Shown here: positions 28,901-41,379 of the stretch, piece by piece
How the letters are laid out: every line of letters begins with the position of its first letter
Numbering within the stretch: the first letter of the stretch is position 1
Assembly: GCA_021399395.1 (NCBI GenBank)
Contig: JAAFKJ010000079.1
Location: 1-53,542 of the forward strand
Direction of reading: 5' to 3'
DNA from: Candidatus Heimdallarchaeota archaeon
GTDB lineage: Archaea > Asgardarchaeota > Heimdallarchaeia > Heimdallarchaeales > Heimdallarchaeaceae
Length of the DNA stretch: 53,542 nucleotides
Notes under the pieces: generated by a model
Database searches by the model: none
Seen by the model: the letters and a program-made list of their open reading frames with translations, nothing else
Told to the model about the DNA's origin: nothing
Position numbers and translations under genes: made by a program

Positions 28901-29763
28901 AAAAGATATCAATGAGTTTCCTTCTCATGATGAAATATTCAGAAGAGAGTTTTCATAATAAGATACAAAACTCAGTTTGGAAAAGTCTAAGAAAAATAGC
29001 TGTTAAATATAATATAGAAAAACAACCATTAATTGATAGAAAAGACTGGGCAAAAATTATCACATTCTTATTTCCAGAGGTCTTAAAAGCTTCCAGACTT
29101 ATCTCCTCTACTCATGCAGAGAAATTCAAAAAACAGTCTCTCAAAAGCATTAACATAGATGAATTAGAAAAAACCAATCCAAACCCTGATGAACTTCTAA
29201 AGATCTTCCCACCTGAAACTAGAAGTGATTGGCATTTGAGAGTGCCATATCATGCCTTTTTCATTTTCTTTGGTTATTATCTAGGAAATAATTGGACGCT
29301 TCTCTATACAAAAACAAATAGCCATAAAAAATATAACAAAGTTTCTAACTCCAAACCAGATTCGCTTATTGAAAAAGTATACAGACTATATGTACCTTGG
29401 TTATTTTGGAGAGCTGAAGCTTTGAAAACATACTTTGAAGAAGGAATGAATGGTTATTCAAGTATTCATGAGTTATTATGTAAAGGATTACTCGATAAGG
29501 AATTAAGGGGGCTATTAGATTACACCTATCAAGATATCATTACTACTCAAGACTTTAGTTCACAAGTTGTCAGCCATAAGAAATTAACATTTATTGAAAA
29601 AATGATATGGTTTCATATTAAAGAAGTGCAAATTCTGGATATAATAGCGTTTAATCACTCCGGATCATTTCAAATTATGGATGAAATTACGAAAAACTTT
29701 GGTGAGTTTGATAAAATTCAAGAGGTTGCAGAAAACATTGACTCGCTGTTCGAGTTGGTTTAA
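22951..29763 (+). CDS. Giant 2270-aa multipass membrane protein of unknown function
   Basis: Uninterrupted ORF. It has a signal peptide, a ~530-aa beta-rich region, about 7 hydrophobic helices (aa ~556-817), a winged-helix-like segment (~875-930) and a ~1300-aa unassigned tail. Confidence 0.85.
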   Translation: MKIRIAILSLIILGSMFIGENQVISREKPSEVRAGNESPQFILDEIRFEYDSISKSECVYSTTLDLNLTTYNAISLYFAVSGDQTNSEGLKVTFYVKDIITQFIVDRYYQNGETHNLTQTFSLPENYNGFVDVTIICEGQSSYLNQKGTLIIREQTSIKPIPILTLNNNIDNLPIVPEYLWFQGNIGTSKSESIVSKFICLNASLSLNLTLMFKSKEFSSSSQDYTIKLNNEILVTEKFDDGIEIKDNHILPIQEGLNTIEIFFTIVQCLTYIEIYDIGLQANAFSYEKYLEEVCFDFVQLSEENNNQIIVLSDLKPSESKIECVLLISLDYDCLGDISWSELNYEIFSGTDKINDGIITDSDSYSSKTLRVETYTKNFNEILYLRLFGEVEGEGMFLLLRTSYISTNDIFLLEDRIIDKTLSEDKVFSIEPNKPKILEFYEVLKITDLENSETQLGVIIDCYSTYDRHIDYVTIVVILGEEKIIDSVIAFTSNTTRCDKRKTINFNSKYNEIRIIISIYGDDDTVEFNQIKLLVIPTNVFSQIELPTAINVSMDILWSLYGLILLKLVGGYFSRRRKIVKISQEPQLENEPTEIRNTKKESVKQLCVAITISTITYLLMFYFMVLVVHFNSLIAFTISLIYGVFVGYISDSLELYKIRIKDLKAKLVQRRFSDANTCESSSRFMNFFSSSEFLILRATIILTVLLFCWRCMDFLFILYTEIYSANFSVKYYWFFYAVIALSVAMLQWSIKLSLNFTFLEDNLKRVRIFGLVLIGLILSFWFPIIFSVIIQTKNLEILLTVFTPLFLGLNVYFSNFLGKRIAMENNEFFRNFRKRGIIFTKQEDVKQALSWNITTRKEWIKKKNEEKRKKDKEKLRSKILCEIEEKDPVYLRRLSELIDETAETTEIYLQEILEEDKELGTYNKGSQVFRKNKIENNVEYLNLMQVNETEIDVREKDAEPTVELSTIRNDDEEDLENIHFIKFNKQSGLFRINQELEKIIAKLKNGDKIILVHRNESGEEMEKTISFEFLADGHSSALVLAKALMQRIRGLVKQANKTATEYWGEQKIDFSSLDEEKKRIHLSTLAMRINVGLSVSKIFTKEQFERDAVLFWNDDYESFAKDAEPMDILSANLSTTLKGEFAIIMVFIQSLLLMQKDSLEANRKRFNKIKENLERRRKELEVGSVKEGCLCYTLTDYYNPFIKLIYSIDENGIAKLVGWEFIRPEERSYVNSLWGEKLPYNPENEGSVIEAIKNEWENLSTRRKEKEFNNLPEITQKKITRFVEKNYGKGTSLLALYAHLRYFSDVSTQKFKEKIQAILKFFPTEIADWSLYIVDRQIQWINRGQDMFGSTAYLLMRSRINERGEVYSYALPNPSPSGHKWLREGWAEIEAKSGWDKNPKALDTNLIRFTNNPEHGSSIYLSDDSLFQIAKAVKRKEYDVLVKHKGKKKKISELITAKSGYRQIAGMLKGDYFNIIFRSIDRVDINTAISTQKHLLRRLLDATVTFPHLITNDEWLEALTSKENSNQFFELVQAVITNKPEWKGLRLQPVEDNKVVKEIFSEFFSSLLYYNILLFASGLPVLQFNQDLLNKGFYLPQTIGLDEDMKQIKLNTKEPPVYRNIRGRLTQLVYGGTNLSVMITIPRANKPLLVDLSHNTFQRPIYVRRIIEDVHLEEKIVYAPRVMVNGKEKVIILSSQGYVLKELVLAADKRETMVLTSAHETVYGAVAVVEGGLYVNSYARQMLTQLLIYGGMHIDGKVYEAVIELFNKEKVDSLTLEPKQTPFLFFSLISATRARGEGQLKGLTSPVKHQIKKGRKEYNYQHRPVILGVALTSMEEMLCKEVDYSIAFGSGLEKYDLLYWNRSRVKGEKDVRYNVKGKNGYVNKLLHTFQLVFRNAFNIVSMEGKGGERIHQQLWARVHNKRVEVSFTKPNEEKWHNANLSIPLITTNKYSKKDCYYSIKTIAQRIPHILLSKDISERRINDLKKISMSFLLMMKYSEESFHNKIQNSVWKSLRKIAVKYNIEKQPLIDRKDWAKIITFLFPEVLKASRLISSTHAEKFKKQSLKSINIDELEKTNPNPDELLKIFPPETRSDWHLRVPYHAFFIFFGYYLGNNWTLLYTKTNSHKKYNKVSNSKPDSLIEKVYRLYVPWLFWRAEALKTYFEEGMNGYSSIHELLCKGLLDKELRGLLDYTYQDIITTQDFSSQVVSHKKLTFIEKMIWFHIKEVQILDIIAFNHSGSFQIMDEITKNFGEFDKIQEVAENIDSLFELV

Positions 29764-29838
29764 TTCATTGTAAGATCTACTCTTATTTGAGAAGTCCAAA
29801 ATCAAAAGGTTTTTATCAATTATTAGAACCCGTGAGTA

Positions 29839-29850
29839 AGTCACGTGACT
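29839..29850. promoter_or_regulatory. Perfect 12-bp palindrome upstream of rpoA1
   Basis: AGTCACGTGACT lies 41 nt before the rpoA1 ATG. Confidence 0.4.
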
Positions 29851-29891
29851 AGTGTAGAGATTCAAAATTATTTTTGGGAGAAATATAAAGA

Positions 29892-33790
<3,899 letters not shown>

Positions 33791-33948
33791 ACCAGCTTAC
33801 TTCTTTTTCGTGTCTTTTTTAATTTAACTTGTTGTGACGCATAAGTAAGTGAACAGAAAGTTTTTATTAAAAACTAAGGAGGAAACTCTAACCAGAGTTT
33901 AAAGTCTAACAATGGTACATACATTCGCACTAAAAAATGTGATTTAAT

Positions 33949-34392
33949 ATGACTGGATCAAAAAGTCCGAAAGGAGAATTTGCTGCAAGAAAGCTAAAAA
34001 ATAAGAGAAAACACTTCCGTTGGAAAGACATCCATTATAAAAGAAGAATGTTAAGATTGGACAAGAAAACAGATCCATTAGAGGGCGCTCCAGCTGCAAG
34101 AGGGATTGTCATAGAAAAATATGGTGTTGAAAGTAAACAACCTAACTCAGCAATGCGAAAGTGTGTAAGAGTTAGACTAACTAAGAATGGAAAACAAGTT
34201 GGTGCTTTTGTTCCTCACGATGGTGGTCTTCTTTATATTGATGAACACGATGAAGTCCTTGTTTGCAGTATAGGCGGTGCCCAAAAAGGAGCTATGGGAG
34301 ACATTCCAGGTGTAAAATGGCAAGTAACACACGTTAATGGTACTGCTATCAACCAAATTGTTATAGGAAGGAAAGCCAAACCTCAAAGATAA
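33949..34392 (+). CDS. rps12: 30S ribosomal protein S12 (uS12)
   Basis: [15 protein letters not shown] and GDIPGV motifs. Confidence 0.98.
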   Translation: MTGSKSPKGEFAARKLKNKRKHFRWKDIHYKRRMLRLDKKTDPLEGAPAARGIVIEKYGVESKQPNSAMRKCVRVRLTKNGKQVGAFVPHDGGLLYIDEHDEVLVCSIGGAQKGAMGDIPGVKWQVTHVNGTAINQIVIGRKAKPQR

Positions 34393-34533
34393 TTCATTCT
34401 TTTTCCTTTACCAGTTCTTTCATATATTTCAAATATCTTCGACTTGCATTATTGTAACCAAAATCCTTTAAATATATTATATTAATAAAAGTTAAATAAT
34501 AAAGAAAGAAGAACTCGTAGGAGATATAAACAA

Positions 34534-34944
34534 ATGTCTGAACACGATATCAACCCTGTAAAAGCAGGCCAAATAAAAGAAGGCTATTATATTATTCACA
34601 ATGATGATGTTTACTTAGTCCGTTCTACTGAAAAATCAAAAAGTGGTAAACATGGACATTCGAAATGTAGAATGAAAATAGAGAATATTTTCACAGGAAG
34701 TAAAACTGAAATCAACCTCCCTGGTGATTTTAAATTACAATCTCCAGTAATTGATAAGAGAAGTGCCCAAGTTTTATCTCTATCTGTAGATAGTGTTCAA
34801 CTGATGGATCTTGAATCATATGAAACTTTTGAAGCAGCTGTACCTGATGAAGAAGATATCAAGAATAATATCAAGGAAGGATCAGAAGTTGAATATTGGA
34901 ATGCTATTGGAAAAAGTAAGATTATGAGAGTCAAAAGTTCTTGA
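34534..34944 (+). CDS. eif5a: Translation factor aIF5A
   Basis: Hypusine motif KSGKHGHSK. Confidence 0.97.
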   Translation: MSEHDINPVKAGQIKEGYYIIHNDDVYLVRSTEKSKSGKHGHSKCRMKIENIFTGSKTEINLPGDFKLQSPVIDKRSAQVLSLSVDSVQLMDLESYETFEAAVPDEEDIKNNIKEGSEVEYWNAIGKSKIMRVKSS

Positions 34945-35032
34945 TGGAATTCTCATAAATTTATCATCTTTCCCCATCAGTGTTTATTTTATTTTATCAG
35001 TTTACAAAGAAACCGATATTCTTGTCTCTCTT

Positions 35033-35109
35033 GGGCCGGTAGATCAGTCTGGGAGATCGCTTCGTTCGCAATGAAGTAGCCCCGGGTTCAAATCCCGGTC
35101 GGTCCACCA
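35033..35109 (+). tRNA. tRNA-Ala(CGC), CCA encoded
   Basis: GGGCCGG...CTTCG-TTCGCAA-TGAAG...CCGGGTTCAAATCCCGG-TCGGTCC-ACCA. The G3:U70 alanine identity pair is present. Confidence 0.97.
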
Positions 35110-35247
35110 CCTCATTTTTAACACAATTTTTCAAAGTTAAATGGCGTTTTCACAAGTAAAATCCTTTTTGTCGCAATTATAGATTAGAGCAAAAAGATTA
35201 AAAGGTTATTACATTAATTAAACATTAAGTATTGCGGAGGAACTACT

Positions 35248-36624
35248 ATGAGAGATGTATTAAACTTCACTCGTACTATCAGAGACCCTATTTACGACGA
35301 AGTACGTATGACAGACATAGAAAATAAAATAATCGATACACCTATCTTTCAAAGATTACGCTGGATAAGCCAGCTTTCAGGAGTTCGACAGGTTTATCCT
35401 TCAGCTATTCACTCTAGATTTACACATAGTGTTGGAGTTATGCATTTAGCAGGTAAATATTGTGAAGAAGTTTTCAGAGAACATGATGATGTAGTCGAAA
35501 TAACTCAAGCTGCTCGAGTCGCTGCACTTCTACATGATATTGGTCATGGTCCTTTCAGTCACACTTATGATGATGTTGTTTTCAAGAGAGTGTATCCTGA
35601 TGCACCTCATGGACATGATGTTCACAGAGATAAAATGGTTTTCTCTGAATTTCTCAAACCATTTATAGAGGAGTTTACTAATCCAGAAGAGTTAATGAAA
35701 ATCTGGAATGGTGAGAACTATCTCGTTCATCCACTAATCCAAGGTGCGCTCGGAGCTGATCGTTTAGATTTCATGCTTAGAGACTCATTCTTTGCAGGTA
35801 CTCTTCATTTTGGCATAATAGCAGTAAACCGCATTATCAATAATACAACTATACAGACTCATATTGATAAAGAAGCAATTCATTATAATTGGAAATGTTT
35901 AGATGACATATATTCTTCGCTTATCGGTCGATTTTTTGAATATAAGAACGTATATTTCCATAAAACAGCAAGAGCAGCTGATATTACAATACATGAGATG
36001 CTTAGAGAGGCATGTGAACCTCTTGAACTTATTGAACGAACAAACGATTTGTCCAGATATACATATCTTAACGAATATACTCTCCTAGGAGAAATATTTT
36101 CCAAAGAATCAGAAGAATTAGCTGTAGCAAAATCACTAGCAAAGGATCTATTTGATCGTCGTTTATACAAAGCAGTTTGGGAAAAAATCATTGATGAATC
36201 AACCGCAGATAGTTTAGGCATCAGTGTTGAAGAGCTATGTAATCTAACTGCACAAGAATCTTTCATTAAAAAAGTTAAAAAATATGCAAAGGGAAACAAA
36301 ATCAGATTCAAATTTGATATGAAAATCGATTCAACATATAAATTATCTACAATAAATGAGCAAGAGTTTCAAGCTTCAAACATATATATTTATGACCCAT
36401 ATGATCGAATTCGACCAGGTACAACTTCATTCACACTAAATGAAGCACTCAATACCACATCATATATAACTACATTTTCGGGACCTAAAGCCTATAGAAC
36501 ACTATTTACTCTAGTCAGAGCATATGCTCATCCAATTGATGCAGGAAAAATTAGAGAAATATGGAAGAACATAAGACCTGAGACATCTGATAAAGAACCG
36601 GATGTGTCAGTTACATCTTATTAA
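35248..36624 (+). CDS. HD-domain phosphohydrolase (SAMHD1/YwfO-like dNTPase)
   Basis: FQRLRWISQL, HSRFTHSVG, LLHDIGHGPFSH and DRLDFMLRDS motifs. Confidence 0.92.
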   Translation: MRDVLNFTRTIRDPIYDEVRMTDIENKIIDTPIFQRLRWISQLSGVRQVYPSAIHSRFTHSVGVMHLAGKYCEEVFREHDDVVEITQAARVAALLHDIGHGPFSHTYDDVVFKRVYPDAPHGHDVHRDKMVFSEFLKPFIEEFTNPEELMKIWNGENYLVHPLIQGALGADRLDFMLRDSFFAGTLHFGIIAVNRIINNTTIQTHIDKEAIHYNWKCLDDIYSSLIGRFFEYKNVYFHKTARAADITIHEMLREACEPLELIERTNDLSRYTYLNEYTLLGEIFSKESEELAVAKSLAKDLFDRRLYKAVWEKIIDESTADSLGISVEELCNLTAQESFIKKVKKYAKGNKIRFKFDMKIDSTYKLSTINEQEFQASNIYIYDPYDRIRPGTTSFTLNEALNTTSYITTFSGPKAYRTLFTLVRAYAHPIDAGKIREIWKNIRPETSDKEPDVSVTSY

Positions 36625-36641
36625 TTGAAACCAAGTTCTAC

Positions 36642-37016
36642 TTAAGCAGATGAAAATAATTTCTCTGCTTCCCTAATTATATCTATGCTGGACTTATAAT
36701 CAAGTAGACTATTTTCTACTTGTTTTATTGCATGATCTAATTCTTCTGAGGAGATAATTGTTTGATTTTCTGCAAGAGAGTAAATCCCATTATTCGTAAA
36801 TTCTACAGTCTTATTACAACACATATGGCGTAAATACGATGAAACAGTCTCTGAAATAACAGAATAGCCATTGAAATACCAATCAAAAATATTGAAATCC
36901 TTCTGTTTAGAAGACATTAGAAACAGACCACTGTGTATTGTTTCTTCATGTTTTGGTAGAAATTTATGCACAAGACCAGCGATGTAAGAATTAATTTTTA
37001 AATCTTGTTCCCCCAT
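36642..37016 (-). CDS. Small hypothetical protein, possibly winged-helix (YwgA/DUF4065-like)
   Basis: ORF of about 124 aa from MGEQ, with a GAGGGA SD-like element upstream. Segment FDWYFNGYSVISETVSSYL. Confidence 0.55.
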   Translation of the reverse strand: MGEQDLKINSYIAGLVHKFLPKHEETIHSGLFLMSSKQKDFNIFDWYFNGYSVISETVSSYLRHMCCNKTVEFTNNGIYSLAENQTIISSEELDHAIKQVENSLLDYKSSIDIIREAEKLFSSA

Positions 37017-37156
37017 AATTATTCCCTCATTGATTCTCCTCAAAAGCAATTGTAATACGGAAGCTTTTTACTTATTGTTTCAAACAAATTTTGAAAACAA
37101 ATTATGATTTTATAGAATCTTCTAAGAAGGTGTATCAATTCATTTTAACTCAGAAA

Positions 37157-38569
37157 TCAAGCTATAATTGTACCATAAAGTTTGGCTTTTAGTGAATCAT
37201 TGACCAACACATCAGTAAGGGTTAAGTGAAGAACGTTATATTCATTCAGTAATTTACTGGCACTTTCTTCCATTACATCCGCCACAACTATACAAAGAAA
37301 TTTGTTTCTTAAGCCTGCAATTGAGCTCAAGTTTTCAACAATTTCGTAAGCATCACGTTGATTCAATATATCTTTGAAAAATCTGACAAATACATAATCT
37401 GAGCCTTTTCTTAGTACTAAGTCAAAGTTCTCTTCAAAAATCATAGTTTCTTTGAACTCAAATTCTTTGAAGATCTTGTTTATTCTTACTTTCAGGTATT
37501 CAGTATCAAAAACTGCATTCATCGTTCTTGGGGCAGGTACAGTAAGTTCTTCAATATTACTAGGGGAAAACTCCTTTATCGTATCGTTGACTACACCAAT
37601 TGCAGGTTTTTTATGTATAATTTCTGCCTCTACCTTTTTTCTTACACTAGGATATGGTTTCATTCTTTGAAACATATCTTGAGTTATCGCTGTTTCCATT
37701 TTTCTTGGCTTGGGTGTTACTTCAGGTTGAATAGAAACAGCCTTCACCTTTTCAGTAGCAGGAAATGGAACGACTATGCGTCTGCCTTGCATTGTTGTGC
37801 TTAGCAATTTAGGTACGTCAACTACATCATTGAGTACTCCATAATGCTTTATCCAAGGGACAAATAATCTAAAATTTGTTTTGTACCTAGTTATTTCCCT
37901 CTTTGTAAGAAATTGAAGTTGACAATTCAATTTTTCTGTACTAACAGAAATATACCTCTGAAATTCCTTTTCTTTTTTCTGAATCAACTCTTTCTCATTA
38001 CTTCTTGTCATAAACATTATTCCCCAAGTATTAGCACGTTGACTAGCATCGTCCCTTGTAGCAAATTGTGTCAGTATAATTGAGAAAATATCAGCTTGTA
38101 CAAGATCCTTAGCGAAATTACCAAAATTTCTACTAATCGATTGAAGGTTAGTACCTACGCCAGATAACAAACAAGTTAAGAAATACTGCTTAGTTGTATT
38201 ATTGTTGTAATTAAGAACAGTAAATTTACCATCTTGTTCTACTTTTCTTATCGCAGGAATAAAAAAATCTTCTGTATTTGCCACCTCTTCTAGAGAGTAT
38301 GATCCTTGCAGATGTTTCAACAGATTATCTCTTGTTGACTCATTTCTATATAGATTGTTCAGACTATAGATGACTAGATGGGTTTTTTCTTTAGAGATTT
38401 TTATTGAAAATGTGACACCTCTTGAATAAAGCTCATTTATTAAGTGTGAAGAATTTTTCTCAAAAACCTTAGTAGTTACCTCGTAGACTCTAATATTTAG
38501 ATTTGTTTCTTGATTAATATCTGAACTTTTTGGAAAATCGTCTATTATAGTTGTTGCACTCATATTCAT
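37157..38569 (-). CDS. Hypothetical protein with a C-terminal restriction-endonuclease-like fold
   Basis: The C-terminal ~120 aa (FDLVLRKGSDYVFVRF...CIVVAD...ASKLLNEYNVLHL) follow an Mrr-like topology, after a Pro/Lys-rich linker. Confidence 0.55.
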   Translation of the reverse strand: MNMSATTIIDDFPKSSDINQETNLNIRVYEVTTKVFEKNSSHLINELYSRGVTFSIKISKEKTHLVIYSLNNLYRNESTRDNLLKHLQGSYSLEEVANTEDFFIPAIRKVEQDGKFTVLNYNNNTTKQYFLTCLLSGVGTNLQSISRNFGNFAKDLVQADIFSIILTQFATRDDASQRANTWGIMFMTRSNEKELIQKKEKEFQRYISVSTEKLNCQLQFLTKREITRYKTNFRLFVPWIKHYGVLNDVVDVPKLLSTTMQGRRIVVPFPATEKVKAVSIQPEVTPKPRKMETAITQDMFQRMKPYPSVRKKVEAEIIHKKPAIGVVNDTIKEFSPSNIEELTVPAPRTMNAVFDTEYLKVRINKIFKEFEFKETMIFEENFDLVLRKGSDYVFVRFFKDILNQRDAYEIVENLSSIAGLRNKFLCIVVADVMEESASKLLNEYNVLHLTLTDVLVNDSLKAKLYGTIIA

Positions 38570-38666
38570 CTACTCATCCATTGAATAACTTCTTCTGTAT
38601 TTTATACTGAAGTAATTATTTAAACACAAGAATTCCTTCTTCATTCGGCACAAAATCGCTCTGTCT

Positions 38667-40085
38667 TCATTGAGTCTCATAAAAAATAGAAATAGAAGAT
38701 ATGAGATCACCTAAACCCACTATTACTTTTGGGTTCTTTACTACTATTGTGGGCACACCTATCAAAGAAAAGGAAGAAGAATGAACAATCCCATTTTGTA
38801 GCAGATTATTTTTTATGGAATAAGTTGTTTCTAGATGTTCTTGGAGTTGTTTTATGTCCTCAAGTCCTTCTTTTGAAATATCTATAGAAGCACTCTGGAT
38901 TTCATCTAAAGAAGTAATTTCTTTGCCTTCTGCCTTTATCGCGGCAAGTAATGAAGACATAAGGAGCCCTTGTTTCCGTATAATTGCTTTCCTTTGTTCA
39001 ATAGGCTTAGAAAGGATCAGATAGTAACCAAGATAATGAAAATGAATTCTGAGATTCGGATATCTGTTCAAAATCTCGTTCAATGCTTTAAACACTAATA
39101 CAGAACCCATAGATTCTCTTAAATTATCAGTAAGCTTGGAACTTATTACTTCAATGAAAGACATCAATTCTTGCTCATTTAAACCAATAGAATCAACTAA
39201 TGGAAACAATGTTTCGATGATTGTTTTTCTTAATTCAATATCCTTTGTAGAAGCAATTTCCATATGTAAACAGAGGTTAGGGGTTGTAAGTTTCCATTTC
39301 TTAAGCATTGTTTCAACAGGTTTTATTACATCATAGAAAGAAAGAGATGGATTCATTTTTCGATCAATTAGATGAAACCCAGAGATTATTGCGAGGGAAT
39401 ATTCTGAAAGAAACTCACCACAATAATCTAAGAAACCTACATTGAACTTCAATTTTGTGTTTATCTCATCATGGGAAAGAATGAATCTATTTGCCCTATT
39501 ACAATCAATCTTTTGATTACCGATCACATAAGTTCCTGTTGAAAATTCGAATATATAATGCACAAGTGGCTTTTCTATTGGGTCATCTTTCCTTGAAATT
39601 TTATTAATAGAATAACCGGTATCACTGTTTGAGAGGGTTAGAATATTAGAATTTAGTAAACTAATCAGATTATTATCTAATACGGGTAAACTCAGTAATA
39701 CTTGCTTTAAACCCAGTGTGCTATACAAATTTGCAATTATTCCTGCTTGACCACCAATTTTAGTTTCTTTAATCTCGAAAGTTTTTTCAATCCAGTTTGA
39801 CAACTCCTGAGAGTTTGTTAATACTTCGTCTGCTTTTCCATGTTTAATTGAATGAAATAAACATAAGAAGAAATCAACGACACTTTCAATATAGGAAGGG
39901 GGATTTTTGGTTAAATCAGTTTGATCAAATGCTTCTGAAGAGATTATTTTTGAAATTATCATTGGATTTATTTCAATAATTTTGTCGATATTGACGTTGA
40001 AACCTATCAAAACACCTTTTCTTTTATCAACTGCATGAGGTTTCAAATTTACCATCATTGAATAAGTATCAATCCAATTTTCCAT
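38667..40085 (-). CDS. ADP-dependent glucokinase/phosphofructokinase family
   Basis: GFNVNID, GGQAGIIAN, RANRFI, SIGLNEQEL and VGLGDLISS motifs. Confidence 0.93.
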   Translation of the reverse strand: MENWIDTYSMMVNLKPHAVDKRKGVLIGFNVNIDKIIEINPMIISKIISSEAFDQTDLTKNPPSYIESVVDFFLCLFHSIKHGKADEVLTNSQELSNWIEKTFEIKETKIGGQAGIIANLYSTLGLKQVLLSLPVLDNNLISLLNSNILTLSNSDTGYSINKISRKDDPIEKPLVHYIFEFSTGTYVIGNQKIDCNRANRFILSHDEINTKLKFNVGFLDYCGEFLSEYSLAIISGFHLIDRKMNPSLSFYDVIKPVETMLKKWKLTTPNLCLHMEIASTKDIELRKTIIETLFPLVDSIGLNEQELMSFIEVISSKLTDNLRESMGSVLVFKALNEILNRYPNLRIHFHYLGYYLILSKPIEQRKAIIRKQGLLMSSLLAAIKAEGKEITSLDEIQSASIDISKEGLEDIKQLQEHLETTYSIKNNLLQNGIVHSSSFSLIGVPTIVVKNPKVIVGLGDLISSISIFYETQ

Positions 40086-40261
40086 TGATTTACTTGGGCG
40101 ATATTCTTATAAAGAGTTTTTTCTTAAAAACATTTGAGAGTGGTAACTTGGACTGGAAATAGCCTTTCTTGGATTGTTTTCCCTAATCAGTAAGTTAGAG
40201 GAGATTCCAGTACAAGATAATCAAGCTTTTAATTGTAGTTTCTTTTCTATGAGGTGTAAAA

Positions 40262-41377
40262 ATGAATCAAAGTACGGAATCCCACGATATTGAAAAACGA
40301 GAAGACTATGAACAAATTCTCAAAGAATTTGGTATTTCAAAAATAGATAAAATTCTCCCTAGAATTGGAACAGAACATCTATTCTTCAGAAGGCGTGTTG
40401 TTTTTGCCCATAGAGATTTTGACAAAATCTTAGACAGGGTTGAAAAGAATAAATCTTTTGCCATAATTAGTGGTCGAGGACCTTCTAATGATTTACACTT
40501 TGGTCATCTAATATTATTTGATTTAATTCGATATCTGCAAGACAAATATAGTTGCCAGTATTTCCTACCTTTTTCTGATGATGAGAAGTATGTATTTCGA
40601 AAGGTTGATACCTTGGAAGGGACTTATAAGTTAGCTATTCAAAATGCAATTGACATCTTTGCTATTGGCTTCAAACCAGAGAATGTACATGCATATGTTT
40701 CAAGCATAACTCCTAGAATACATTATTTAGCTCTTACTTTTTCAATAAATCAAACCTATAATGCAGTCAAAGCTGCTCTTGGTCTTACAGGAGAGGAAAA
40801 TGTTGGTACTAGTTACTATACCTTTATCCAAGCAGCACATATTCTACAACCCACAGTTGATCATGATTTACCAGTGGTTGTACCCATTGGATTAGATCAA
40901 GATGTATATATGAGATTAACTAGAGATATATCGAGAAGAAGAAAAATAACATTGCCTGGTTCTCTATATATCAAGTATCTAAAAGGCTTAACTGGAGGAC
41001 CTATGTCTTCCTCAATTGAAGAAACATGTGTATTTCTAAGGGATGAACCTGAAGTCATTAAGAAGAAAATTATGAATGCACTTACTGGCGGTAGAGCCAC
41101 TATCAAAGAACAAAGAGAGCTTGGAGCGAATCCCGTTATTTGTACTGTGTTTGATTGGTTCAGAAAATATTTCGTAGAAGATGATGAAGAACTACAAAAG
41201 ATAGAAACTGGATGTAAATCTGGAGATTTAATCTGTGGTCTTGATTGTAAACCAAAACTTATCGAAAAGATACTGAATTATCAAGAAGGTTACAATAGAA
41301 GGAAAAAGGACGTTATCAAGAATATTGACAAATACTTTGATCATGAAGTTGATTTATCAGTACTTGGAAGTGATTAA
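40262..41377 (+). CDS. trpS: Tryptophanyl-tRNA synthetase (archaeal/eukaryotic type)
   Basis: GRGPSNDLHFGH, DDEKY, PIGLDQD and ALTGGRATIKEQRELG motifs. Confidence 0.96.
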   Translation: MNQSTESHDIEKREDYEQILKEFGISKIDKILPRIGTEHLFFRRRVVFAHRDFDKILDRVEKNKSFAIISGRGPSNDLHFGHLILFDLIRYLQDKYSCQYFLPFSDDEKYVFRKVDTLEGTYKLAIQNAIDIFAIGFKPENVHAYVSSITPRIHYLALTFSINQTYNAVKAALGLTGEENVGTSYYTFIQAAHILQPTVDHDLPVVVPIGLDQDVYMRLTRDISRRRKITLPGSLYIKYLKGLTGGPMSSSIEETCVFLRDEPEVIKKKIMNALTGGRATIKEQRELGANPVICTVFDWFRKYFVEDDEELQKIETGCKSGDLICGLDCKPKLIEKILNYQEGYNRRKKDVIKNIDKYFDHEVDLSVLGSD

Positions 41378-41379
41378 TT

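Noticed and set aside
22951-29763. Giant ORF as cargo of a giant-gene transposon
   Set aside because: No transposase, integrase, ParA/ParB or terminal repeats were seen next to it.
37075-37100. Imperfect inverted repeat TTGTTTCAAA...TTTGAAAACAA
   Set aside because: AT-only and imperfect; expected by chance at this composition.
40141-40220. ORB-like TTCCAG/CTGGAA words upstream of trpS
   Set aside because: Only short partial matches, with no G-string and no cdc6/orc1 gene nearby.
40980-41020. TrpRS KMSKS motif reads PMSSS
   Set aside because: Variation in this loop is common in archaeal/eukaryotic TrpRS, and the other motifs are intact.
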